Source: a bacterium
Lineage (GTDB): Bacteria > UBP7 > UBA6624
Direction: 5' to 3'
DNA length: 64,000 bases
Assembly (NCBI GenBank): GCA_002716355.1
Contig: PBAU01000002.1
Coordinates: forward strand, 22,411-86,410
Position 1 is the stretch's first letter; every line of letters starts with the position of its first letter. Shown one piece after another: positions 26,252-34,720 of the stretch. The position numbers and the translations under genes are program-made. A model generated the notes under the pieces. The model saw nothing but the letters and a program-made list of their open reading frames with translations. It did no database searches and was not told where the DNA came from.

Positions 26252-27624
26252 AATATGACTTGGTTGTGATAGGTGCTGGCCCAGGTGGCTATGTGTGTGC
26301 TTTACGGGCAGCACAACTCGGCTTAAAGGTAGCTGTTGTTGAAAAGAAAAAAGCGGGTGGAACATGTTTGAATGTTGGTTGCATACCATCTAAAGCTTTA
26401 TTGGATTCAACAGAAATTTTTTCTGAAATTTCACCAGGGAACGAACATGGAATAGAGGTCAGCAAAGCTAACATTAACTGGTCGACCCTGCAATCCAGAA
26501 GGGAAAAAATTGTTACCCAATTAACAGGTGGTGTTGAATTTCTTTTAAAAAAGGCTAAGGTTGATTATTATCAAGGATTTGCAGATGTGAAATCTTGTTA
26601 TACGGTTGTTGTTGGCAGGAATAATCTTGCAACTAAAAATGTTGTTTTGGCCACCGGATCCACACCTGTAGAAATTCCATTTTTGCCATTTGATGGAGAA
26701 CATGTTATAAGTTCAACCGAAGCTCTTAATCAATTCAATATACCCAAAAGTCTTATTGTTGTTGGAGGAGGTTATATAGGGTTAGAAATGGCCAGTGTTT
26801 ACAGCCGAATCGGAACCCATGTCACAGTAATTGAGATGATGGATCGGATTGTTCCATTGATGGATACAGATATAAGCAAGCAGTTGCAAAAATCATTAAG
26901 AAAACAAGGCATCAAGTTTAAAACATCAACCAAGGTGACCGATTGCAAGAAAACAAAAAATAAAATTATTTTAAATTTAGAAAAAAACAAAAAAACAAGC
27001 ACACAGGAGGCTGATCAAGTTCTTGTTGCTGTAGGTCGTCGGCCTAATGCAGGGGGTATTAACCTCAATGCTTTAGGAGTCACAATGGATGAGAGGGGGT
27101 TTGTTTCTGTAAATCAAAACATGGAAACATCCATACCTGGTATTTATGCCATAGGCGATTTGGTTCCAGGTCCCATGCTTGCACATAAAGCCAGTGAGGA
27201 AGGGGTGGTTGTTGCCGAAAGAATTGCTGGCAAGCAAACAACACTTGACTATAGCTTGATTCCATCTGTAGTTTACACACACCCTGAAGGCGCTTCTATT
27301 GGTAGAACCGCAGATGAGCTTAAAAAAGCCAACGTAGAATTTAAAACAGGTATGTTTCCGTTTTCTGCATCCGGAAGAGCTATGGCTATAGGTTGTACTG
27401 AAGGTTTTGTTAAGGTGTTAGCAGATTCCAAAACCGATAAGGTTTTAGGGGTCCATATATTAGGGCCGAAAGCTTCAGAATTAATATCTGAAGCAGCAAT
27501 GGTGATGGGCTTCTGTGGCACTGCTGAAGACATAGGTGTGTTTATTCACGCGCACCCAACACTTTCGGAAGCATTAAAAGAAGCCGCTCTTGAAGCTTCT
27601 GGTCATGGTGCGATTCATACCTAA
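26248..27624 (+). CDS. lpd: Dihydrolipoyl dehydrogenase (E3)
   Basis: GAGPGGY, redox disulfide GGTCLNVGCIPSK, and a C-terminal HAHPTLSE. Confidence 0.95.
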   Translation: MKYDLVVIGAGPGGYVCALRAAQLGLKVAVVEKKKAGGTCLNVGCIPSKALLDSTEIFSEISPGNEHGIEVSKANINWSTLQSRREKIVTQLTGGVEFLLKKAKVDYYQGFADVKSCYTVVVGRNNLATKNVVLATGSTPVEIPFLPFDGEHVISSTEALNQFNIPKSLIVVGGGYIGLEMASVYSRIGTHVTVIEMMDRIVPLMDTDISKQLQKSLRKQGIKFKTSTKVTDCKKTKNKIILNLEKNKKTSTQEADQVLVAVGRRPNAGGINLNALGVTMDERGFVSVNQNMETSIPGIYAIGDLVPGPMLAHKASEEGVVVAERIAGKQTTLDYSLIPSVVYTHPEGASIGRTADELKKANVEFKTGMFPFSASGRAMAIGCTEGFVKVLADSKTDKVLGVHILGPKASELISEAAMVMGFCGTAEDIGVFIHAHPTLSEALKEAALEASGHGAIHT

Positions 27625-27634
27625 GGAGAAAACA

Positions 27635-27814
27635 ATGTTTGGATTTATTTTTGCTTTAGGACCAACAGAAATTGCTTTAATTGCAGTTGTTGTTTTGGTT
27701 CTTTTTGGACCCAAAAAAGTTACAGAATTCGCAAGATCTCTAGGAAGAACTAGTGGTGAATTCAAAAAAGGACTTGAAGAGGGTAAAAAGACAACAAAAG
27801 ATAAAGAGGAGTAA
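27635..27814 (+). CDS. tatA: Twin-arginine translocase subunit TatA/E
   Basis: MFGFIFALGPTEIALIAVVVLVLFGPKKV... (59 aa). An AAGGAG lies 6 nt upstream of the ATG at 27635. The track ORF starts earlier, inside lpd. Confidence 0.85.
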   Translation: MFGFIFALGPTEIALIAVVVLVLFGPKKVTEFARSLGRTSGEFKKGLEEGKKTTKDKEE

Positions 27815-27823
27815 AGCTGCTGT

Positions 27824-28534
27824 ATGCAAGACAAAAAAATGCCTCTGTCCGAGCATTTTGCTGATCTGCAAAAAACTTTATTAAACAGTCTTCTTTATTG
27901 TTTTTTTGCCTCTGTTTTGCTGTCCTTTTTTCATAAGGAATTATTAATTGCTTTTCAAAAACCACTAAACAATGTCGGAATTACTGCGTTAAATGTTTTA
28001 TCTCCACAAGAGGGGTTCCTCATCCCCATCAAGTTGGTTTTAATGTGTGGTTTAATTGTGGCAACACCTTTGATTGTTAGAGAGGTTACCTTATTTGCCT
28101 GGCCCGCATTAAGGCAAAATGAAAAACAAATACTTCAAACTTTTGTAATCCCAAGTTTTTTAATTGCACTTGTTGCAGCGTTTTTTGCTTGGCAGGTTTT
28201 AATACCAATATCAATTGAATTTCTGCTCAAGGCAACAACAAACAATAACCTACAAGCAACATGGACATTGCAATATTGGTTTGTTTTTGTTCAATCTATG
28301 TTGATTGCCTCTGTGGCTGCTTTTCAACTGCCAATAGTCATGGGGGTTTTAGCTAAATTCGGCTTAATTGACTCACATACGGTCCGGGAAAAAGGCCCAC
28401 ATGCAATTATTGGGCTATTGATATTATCTGGTTTTATAACCCCTCCAGATGTTGTCACGCAGATCATTATCGCCATACCATTAATCCTTCTGTTTTATTT
28501 CAGTATTTTCATAGTCAAGGCAAACGAGGATTAA
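27824..28534 (+). CDS. tatC: Twin-arginine translocase subunit TatC
   Basis: N-terminal MPLSEHFADLQKTLL and six hydrophobic segments, directly after tatA. Confidence 0.85.
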   Translation: MQDKKMPLSEHFADLQKTLLNSLLYCFFASVLLSFFHKELLIAFQKPLNNVGITALNVLSPQEGFLIPIKLVLMCGLIVATPLIVREVTLFAWPALRQNEKQILQTFVIPSFLIALVAAFFAWQVLIPISIEFLLKATTNNNLQATWTLQYWFVFVQSMLIASVAAFQLPIVMGVLAKFGLIDSHTVREKGPHAIIGLLILSGFITPPDVVTQIIIAIPLILLFYFSIFIVKANED

Positions 28535-28603
28535 ATCTAAAATTAATTCAGGTTTTTCAATAGAATTAAAAAGTTGTAGATTTGTACAAATGGAGGAAAA
28601 ATT

Positions 28604-30925
28604 ATGGCACGAATAGGTGTTTTTCTTAGCAAAGAGGGAAAAGGTTTAGATCCGCTTAACCTACAAACCATTGCTGACAGATTGGTTGAGGAAGTGCAGG
28701 AGATAAACCATGTTTTTATACATGAAGACCTCAACACAGTTCAAGGTTTGGAAGCAATATCACAAGAGATCAAAAATCAAGATATTGGCTATGTTGTTAT
28801 CGGTTGTGGCTCTATTGATCAAAGGGAAGAGAATATCAGAAAAACATTGAATACAGCTGGCATTAACGAATACCTTTTGGAGGTTGTTAATCTTAAAGAA
28901 ATGGTAGCTAACGTGCATTCAGAAGAGCCCGAGAAAGCCAATGAAAAAGCTTTTCAGCTATTGAAAACAGCAGTTATCAAGGTTGAGCAAAGTAAACCTT
29001 TAGAAAAAACACCAATGAGGGTGGAACAACAAGTTTTAGTTGTTGGCGGCGGTGTTGCAGGCATGACTGCTTCTTTGAGAATTGCAGATGCTGGCTACAG
29101 TGTTGTTTTAGTTGAAAAGTCACCTGCATTAGGTGGAAAAGTTGCCTCTCTCAAAAATCTTTGGCCAAAACTCGAAGAGGCAGATGACTTAATGAGGAAT
29201 CTTTCAATCAGTTGTCATCAACATGAAAATATAGTTATTTATGATTATTCAGAAGTTAAATCTATAGACGGAGTTCGTGGGGATTTTGATGTTGAAATAG
29301 TCAGAAAACCAAGATTTGTTCAAAGTCAAAAAATTGTAAATTTTGAAAAAATTACAGAATCATTAAAAACGGATTTTCCAAATAAGCACACCGGAGGCAG
29401 GACGGTGAACAAGGTTCTTTATCAACCATACGCAGGCTGTGTCCCACCATTGTTTTTGATAGACCCAGAAAATATAAATCATCCAGATGTCAAAAAGTTA
29501 ATCACACTTGTTCCTGATGGAACTGTGAATCAGAACGAAAAGGAAAAAATCGTTCATGAAAAAGCAGGTGCTGTGATTATGGCTTTTGGAGCTGGGATGA
29601 TGGATTGTTCTGGCTTAACAAATTTAACTGCTGCAAATAGTGAAAATGTACACAGTGCTAGTGATTTTGAATTTTTGAATTTCAAAAAAGACGAAGAAAT
29701 GTCGTTGTTATGGGTTGCAGATGCAGGAAGCAATGATCCCAAGAACGGTGTTGCTTACGCTTCCGAAGTGCCTTTGATGACCTGTGTCAAACAGGCTATT
29801 TTTGCTAAAAAAATGTCTAATGGAAAAATTCACACAACAGTTGTTTACTCAGATAGGAGATCCAGAACAAAAGGATATGAAGAATTTATCAAAACCGCTG
29901 AGGAAAAATACCAGGTACAGATGGTTAGAGGCGCTGTTTCAAATGTAACTTCAAAGTCAAACGGGTTGTCTGTCAGCTTGCACGATTTAATACAGGGCAA
30001 AGAGCAAAAGGTATCAGTTGACAAGGTTGTTTTGGCACAAGAGGTTGTTGCACACGATGATTCACAACATCTAGCAAGTATTGTTGATATAGGTCGTGAC
30101 GAAACAGGCTTTCTTGCTGAAACCCATCCTTCTCTGGAGCCATGTTCAACCAGTAATTCTGGAGTTTTTGTTTGTGGAGACTGTGCGTCTCCCGGTGATA
30201 TCAGAGCTGCTGTTTTGACAGCTGAATCAGCAGTTGCTAAAGCTATGGCCGTTTTGGCCCAAAAAACAAGTGAGCCCTACAGGTTAAAACAAAAAGATGA
30301 GCAACTTGCACGATTTGATGCTCCAGCAAAAGAGGTTTCTCCTGAGAGCTTTCAAACAAATGATGAAGGTGGCATGAATTACACAAGATTAAATAATGTT
30401 TTTGGTAAAACTGAAAGCGGTGTGTCCATACCAGCCTCACCAACCAGAAACATTGAACTTGCTGGTTGGGAGCTTTCTAAGTCAATTGCAGAAATTGAAA
30501 ATATTTGGACAGATGCAAAAAATGACAACTGGGAACCAAGAATAACAGGATTTGCATCACAGTATGGTGGTTATCCACTTTTGGAAACACTTGGAAGAGA
30601 GGAGGTTTCTTATTCATCTTGTTTTAGATTTCTGAGAGTGCGCTCAACAGCACATCTGGATCCACTCCTTGTCCTCAAAAGCTTCTTTAATGGTGCAGAT
30701 GGTGTGTTTATTATTGGTGGACCTTTAGGCAAAGGCAAGTTTCACAACGACAACTACCTTGCAAAAAGAAGATTTAAAGCATTAGAAGGGGTGCTTGATG
30801 CTGGTGGGATTGAGCCAGATAGAGTCAAGATTTTATTTGTAGATTCTCACCAAATTGATGAAGTTGCTGATCAGTTGCAAAAATTCCATAATGCTGTCTC
30901 TAGCTTAGGCCCTTTAGGTATTTGA
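28604..30925 (+). CDS. HdrA-like flavoprotein fused to an MvhD-like domain, lacking the Fe-S cysteine motifs
   Basis: 773 aa. The N-terminus RIGVFLSKEGKGL...VVIGCGSIDQREENIRK...AGINEYLLEVVNLKEMVANVH is colinear with the HdrA N-domain (recalled consensus KIGVxVCHCGxNI...VVVAACSPRxHE...AGLNPxLxExANIRExCSWVH). The FAD motif VLVVGGGVAGMTASLRIADAGYSVVLVEKSPALGGK is intact. WVADAGSNDPKNGVAYAS stands where CVGSRD...YCS is expected. The C-terminal 130 aa (30533-30922) are colinear with MvhD/FlpD but contain no conserved Cys. GGAGG lies 7 nt upstream of the ATG. Confidence 0.7.
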   Translation: MARIGVFLSKEGKGLDPLNLQTIADRLVEEVQEINHVFIHEDLNTVQGLEAISQEIKNQDIGYVVIGCGSIDQREENIRKTLNTAGINEYLLEVVNLKEMVANVHSEEPEKANEKAFQLLKTAVIKVEQSKPLEKTPMRVEQQVLVVGGGVAGMTASLRIADAGYSVVLVEKSPALGGKVASLKNLWPKLEEADDLMRNLSISCHQHENIVIYDYSEVKSIDGVRGDFDVEIVRKPRFVQSQKIVNFEKITESLKTDFPNKHTGGRTVNKVLYQPYAGCVPPLFLIDPENINHPDVKKLITLVPDGTVNQNEKEKIVHEKAGAVIMAFGAGMMDCSGLTNLTAANSENVHSASDFEFLNFKKDEEMSLLWVADAGSNDPKNGVAYASEVPLMTCVKQAIFAKKMSNGKIHTTVVYSDRRSRTKGYEEFIKTAEEKYQVQMVRGAVSNVTSKSNGLSVSLHDLIQGKEQKVSVDKVVLAQEVVAHDDSQHLASIVDIGRDETGFLAETHPSLEPCSTSNSGVFVCGDCASPGDIRAAVLTAESAVAKAMAVLAQKTSEPYRLKQKDEQLARFDAPAKEVSPESFQTNDEGGMNYTRLNNVFGKTESGVSIPASPTRNIELAGWELSKSIAEIENIWTDAKNDNWEPRITGFASQYGGYPLLETLGREEVSYSSCFRFLRVRSTAHLDPLLVLKSFFNGADGVFIIGGPLGKGKFHNDNYLAKRRFKALEGVLDAGGIEPDRVKILFVDSHQIDEVADQLQKFHNAVSSLGPLGI

Positions 30926-30928
30926 AAC

Positions 30929-31822
30929 ATGAATGAAATGAGAATAACAATCCAACGAGAAGCCAGAAGGCTTTTACAGCTGCAAAAAGTCAGCGTTGTT
31001 ATAGGTTATGAGGTTGGTCCATACCCTGGCACGACCGCTCCCTGTTTCGCTTTCACCCCAGATGACGCTCAAAGAATTGTTTTCAATAGCTTTTCGTCTA
31101 TCAATTTAGCCGTTTATCTTCCAGGCATTACTGGAAATGTTGGCATAGTGGCCACACCTGCAACTGTAAGATCCATCAAAGAGCTCGAAAAAGACGGCTT
31201 GGTGAATCGTAAAAATCTGCATATTATTGGTGTGAAATTTCCAGGAATATTAGATCCTCGACATTTAAATGTTGACAGAGAGAACGAAAATACGTTATCA
31301 GTCAATGAGCATCCAGAAGCTTTATGGGAGTGGGCACTTCATGATCTTTACGAGGAGCCAGAAGATTATGACATACTTGTTGAGCCCAGGTGGATGAATG
31401 ACCTCAGTAAAGCCGGCAAACTAAAAAAACCCACCCCAAACCGTACCAGCGTTGAAAGGTTAGAGCAGATGACTCATCACGAAAGAAGGCTATACTGGAT
31501 GAGTTATTTTGAAAAACATAGGCATTCAGACCATAATAAAAATTTATTTCCTTCCACTTATGCGGGAGGAGACCATTTAGAAAAGTTTAAATATATCAAA
31601 TCTGCATATAGCTCGAACGAGCTTTTTTACGAACATCTTTCATGGGTTTACCAATCGATGGGTCGAGCTTCTGGCTTCGATCTCTCAGACCTTACAGAGG
31701 ACATGAATCAAATACCCCTTTCAACAATTCGAGCTTGGGCTGCTAGAGAGTTTAGAAAAAATTTTAATTACAGGCCAGGTGGGGAAGAGCCAAATCCATT
31801 ACTGAAAAAGGAAAACATATAA
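30929..31822 (+). CDS. Hypothetical protein resembling the Fe-S subunit of FrhB/FlxC/HydB-type oxidoreductases, with a single Cys
   Basis: 297 aa. VSVVIGYEVGP...NLAVYLPGITGNVGIVATPATVRSIKELEK...NLHIIGVKFPGIL resembles the recalled (V/I)GxPCxxRA...(I/V)GxxCxG layout with the cysteines replaced. It starts 3 nt after the upstream stop. The family assignment needs an HMM search. Confidence 0.35.
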   Translation: MNEMRITIQREARRLLQLQKVSVVIGYEVGPYPGTTAPCFAFTPDDAQRIVFNSFSSINLAVYLPGITGNVGIVATPATVRSIKELEKDGLVNRKNLHIIGVKFPGILDPRHLNVDRENENTLSVNEHPEALWEWALHDLYEEPEDYDILVEPRWMNDLSKAGKLKKPTPNRTSVERLEQMTHHERRLYWMSYFEKHRHSDHNKNLFPSTYAGGDHLEKFKYIKSAYSSNELFYEHLSWVYQSMGRASGFDLSDLTEDMNQIPLSTIRAWAAREFRKNFNYRPGGEEPNPLLKKENI

Positions 31823-31823
31823 C

Positions 31824-32846
31824 ATGAGCGACTATATTTTGTCAAAAGCTAAATTGAAATATTGGTTAGAGGATGTCAGAAAACGAAATGAACTATGGGC
31901 ACCCGTTGGATCCAAAGGCGCTGTAAGTTATTTGAAAAATCCAAAAGGTGAAAATGTTGCAACAGATTTTACAAATAGTTTGGATTGTCCAAAGTATATA
32001 TTTTGCCCACAGCAAGATGCCATATGCAACTATGAGATACAAGGAAGAGGCAAGGTTGCTATTGAGGAAGTTGAGCTCGATGTGACTCCTAGAGTTGTAT
32101 TTGGCTTACGGCCACCAGACATTAGAGGCATCGAAATTCTCGATGCTTACCTGTTGAAAGATCAAATTGATCGGAGATACGAGGCAAGGCGAAAAAATAC
32201 AATAAATATTTGTCTTGGTTACCATAACCCACCTCCTTGCTGTTTCGCAGAGTCTGTAGGTGTCGATCTTTTTCCCAAGAGTGGCTCTGACATTTTGTTA
32301 ACTGATATTGGTAGGAGTTATTATGTTGAAACACTTTCTGAAAAAGGAGATAGCCTGATCTCGGAACATTTCAATGAAGCTGATGATATTGTTCGAAATG
32401 AAGCCTGGGATATACAGAAGGGAAGTGAAGGAAAAACAAATTTTGATTTAAATTTGAATCGTTGGCAGGATTTCACTGATACTGAAATTTACACTTTGCC
32501 GTATTGGGATGAAATTTATTTGGGCATTATTGCTGATTCTGTCGCAACCAGGTATTTTTACTCAGGAACTTATTTTAAGATTGTTGATGTTAACAGTGGA
32601 AACAAGGGCACAAGGTATAAAACCTGGACAACAATGTATTCTCCAGGCTTTTCAACATTGGCAAATGGTTATGACTACAAGCCAAGCCTCAAGGAAAAAT
32701 TTAAAGATTGGATATTAGAAATGTTTCATTTTTTTCCAAAAAGACATGGTTTTATTGGCTGTTCAGGTGCGCACAGGTGCATTGCAGGCATGACCACCAA
32801 GCATGACCTGAGAAAAATTATTTCTAATGTGGACTTTGGAATATGA
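31824..32846 (+). CDS. AsrA / sulfhydrogenase-beta (HydB, FlxB)-like protein with degenerate ferredoxin motifs
   Basis: 340 aa. ELWAPVG..., CPKYIFCPQQDAICNY, VVFGLRPPDIRGIEILD (expected GxRPCDxxAxxxLD), RRYEARRKNTINICLGYHNPPPCCFAES, and FIGCSGAHRCIAG (expected CVGCGRCxxxCP). There is no CxxCxxCxxxCP motif. Confidence 0.5.
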   Translation: MSDYILSKAKLKYWLEDVRKRNELWAPVGSKGAVSYLKNPKGENVATDFTNSLDCPKYIFCPQQDAICNYEIQGRGKVAIEEVELDVTPRVVFGLRPPDIRGIEILDAYLLKDQIDRRYEARRKNTINICLGYHNPPPCCFAESVGVDLFPKSGSDILLTDIGRSYYVETLSEKGDSLISEHFNEADDIVRNEAWDIQKGSEGKTNFDLNLNRWQDFTDTEIYTLPYWDEIYLGIIADSVATRYFYSGTYFKIVDVNSGNKGTRYKTWTTMYSPGFSTLANGYDYKPSLKEKFKDWILEMFHFFPKRHGFIGCSGAHRCIAGMTTKHDLRKIISNVDFGI

Positions 32847-33619
32847 ATTTAGTACCAAAGATAGCAAATATAAAAAATACAGAACGGGATGGTCGTTTAG
32901 GGTCAATATCATTTGATTTTGATGGGGACCTGAAGGCCGGACAGGTTTTCAAGATAGGGACCTTTGGAAAAGGAGAAACAACTGCTTGGGTCATAGATGC
33001 GGAAGATAAAACCGTAACCGTTTCGTTTCTGGATAACAACCCTGTCACACATAAAATCATGCTCCTTCCCACAGATGAATGCATTACTGTAAGAGGGCCA
33101 TTTGGCAATGGTTTTTCACTTTTAGATGAAAGAAATATTTTATTAATTAGTCAAGATGATGGAATATTAAGCCAAAAGAAACTTATTAATGATTTGCTCC
33201 AAAATGGTAATCAGGTCAGCTTGCTCCACTTCACCTCTTTTCCAAAAGATATATTTATGAGCTCTTCACTTAAAAAAGCTGTATCAGATGACTCTCCTAT
33301 CAATGGTGAAATTATCGATATGACAAAAAAAGGACCACAGGATTTAGATACGTTTATCAAATCTTGCATCAAGGCAAGTTACACCTCCGGAATAAACGCA
33401 GTGGCTCTATCAGGCAATGAGAATTTTCAGCAGTCTGTGTCGAGGGTTCTGGAGAAAACAATGATTAAAGATAAAAGCATACAAATTTTATTTAATCGTA
33501 ATTTTGTTTCAGGAATGGGTTGGTCTAACAAGGATCTTTACGGTACCACAAACATATGGAAAGAAGGGCCAGTATTTACATTAGATCAGGTTCGAAGATT
33601 CCCAGGTGTATTCATTTAA
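32843..33619 (+). CDS. PyrK / AsrB / HydG (FlxA)-like ferredoxin-reductase-fold protein lacking the 2Fe-2S and dinucleotide motifs
   Basis: 258 aa. VRGPFGNGF is the PyrK-family hallmark. The expected GGxGxxP reads ISQDDGILS. The C-terminal cluster site reads VSGMGWSNKDLYG where CGxGxCxxC is expected. There is a 4-nt overlap with the upstream gene. Confidence 0.55.
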   Translation: MNLVPKIANIKNTERDGRLGSISFDFDGDLKAGQVFKIGTFGKGETTAWVIDAEDKTVTVSFLDNNPVTHKIMLLPTDECITVRGPFGNGFSLLDERNILLISQDDGILSQKKLINDLLQNGNQVSLLHFTSFPKDIFMSSSLKKAVSDDSPINGEIIDMTKKGPQDLDTFIKSCIKASYTSGINAVALSGNENFQQSVSRVLEKTMIKDKSIQILFNRNFVSGMGWSNKDLYGTTNIWKEGPVFTLDQVRRFPGVFI

Positions 33620-34385
33620 TACTGCTATTTTTTGACAGCATCATTCCTAGTTCAGGATCAATGTCTTCGGCCCGAAAGCCATCAGGTATCCTTTCCAGCG
33701 TGCCATCAGGCACAAAACCCCTCAGTAGCTTTTTGGCATTCTTCCTTCTTTGAGAGAATATTTTTTTATTTAATTGCAAATATTGATATGAATATTGAAA
33801 ATCCTCCGTTTTTTCCTTATTCGTTAAGGTGATAATCGCACTGTCAATTTTTGGTTTTGGAAAGAATGCATTTTTTGAAATTTTTTTTTCAATCTTACAT
33901 GAATAAAAAAATTGCAATGGCCCAGAAAGAAGACCGTATGATTTAGAGCTGGTTTGAGAGCAGATGCGCTCGGCAACTTCTTTTTGAACGGTGAATATGG
34001 CGTTTTTTATCTTTTCTGGCCATCTTGCAACCAGCCATAAAATTCTCCCTGAAAGATAGTAAGGCAAATTGCCTACCAGCATGCCATTATTTTCAGCATT
34101 TTCAGGTTGCCATTTTCGAACATCCGTCTCGATGTTGATTGATGGAAATTTGTTTTTTAAAAAGGAATTGAGGTGTTCGTCAACCTCATAAACAGTTAGT
34201 CTATTTCTATAGGATATTTTTTCTGTTAGGAAGCCCAGGCCACCGCCAATTTCAATTGTCCAGTCACTTTCTTTTTCTTTAATTATGTTTGACAAAAAAT
34301 CAAGATTTGACTTATTTGTCATGAAGTTTTGACCACGATGTTTTTTGGGTGGATGATTACGGAAGTAATCAATCGCTAGCGACAT
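33612..34385 (-). CDS. rsmA: 16S rRNA (adenine1518/1519-N6)-dimethyltransferase
   Basis: Contains RGQNFMTNKSNLDFL and the SAM motif EIGGGLGFLTEKI. Its 3' end overlaps the convergent upstream gene by 8 nt. Confidence 0.85.
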   Translation of the reverse strand: MSLAIDYFRNHPPKKHRGQNFMTNKSNLDFLSNIIKEKESDWTIEIGGGLGFLTEKISYRNRLTVYEVDEHLNSFLKNKFPSINIETDVRKWQPENAENNGMLVGNLPYYLSGRILWLVARWPEKIKNAIFTVQKEVAERICSQTSSKSYGLLSGPLQFFYSCKIEKKISKNAFFPKPKIDSAIITLTNKEKTEDFQYSYQYLQLNKKIFSQRRKNAKKLLRGFVPDGTLERIPDGFRAEDIDPELGMMLSKNSSIK

Positions 34386-34409
34386 TAAACTTTTTTCAGA
34401 TTGGCTTAT

Positions 34410-34631
34410 TTAGACTTCCTCGTAGAGGATTAATGCACCCGATACAAACATTGGGGTCCTAACATCATCTTCTTTTGACGCATCCATGGTTACACTAGAG
34501 CCATATTTGATGTCAATAATTTTTACTTTAGATTTGTTTGCCTTTAACCACTCGTTGATTTCTCGATCAAGCGGGGGTGTTCTATAGCTCCCTAAGCTAG
34601 ATTCCATAAAATGTTTTACTTTCATAAGCAA
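34410..34631 (-). CDS. Small hypothetical protein, possibly Cse60-like
   Basis: 73 aa. The pattern MKVKHF...INEWLKAN..VKIIDIKYGSSV......FVSGALILYE resembles the recalled Cse60/YteV layout. The resemblance is weak. Confidence 0.3.
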   Translation of the reverse strand: MLMKVKHFMESSLGSYRTPPLDREINEWLKANKSKVKIIDIKYGSSVTMDASKEDDVRTPMFVSGALILYEEV

Positions 34632-34720
34632 ATCTTAATTCCAAAAACAAACAAACCTAACCCAAGAACAGCAGATTCAAAAATTAATATCTAATTATTC
34701 AGATATAAAATTAAAAATAT

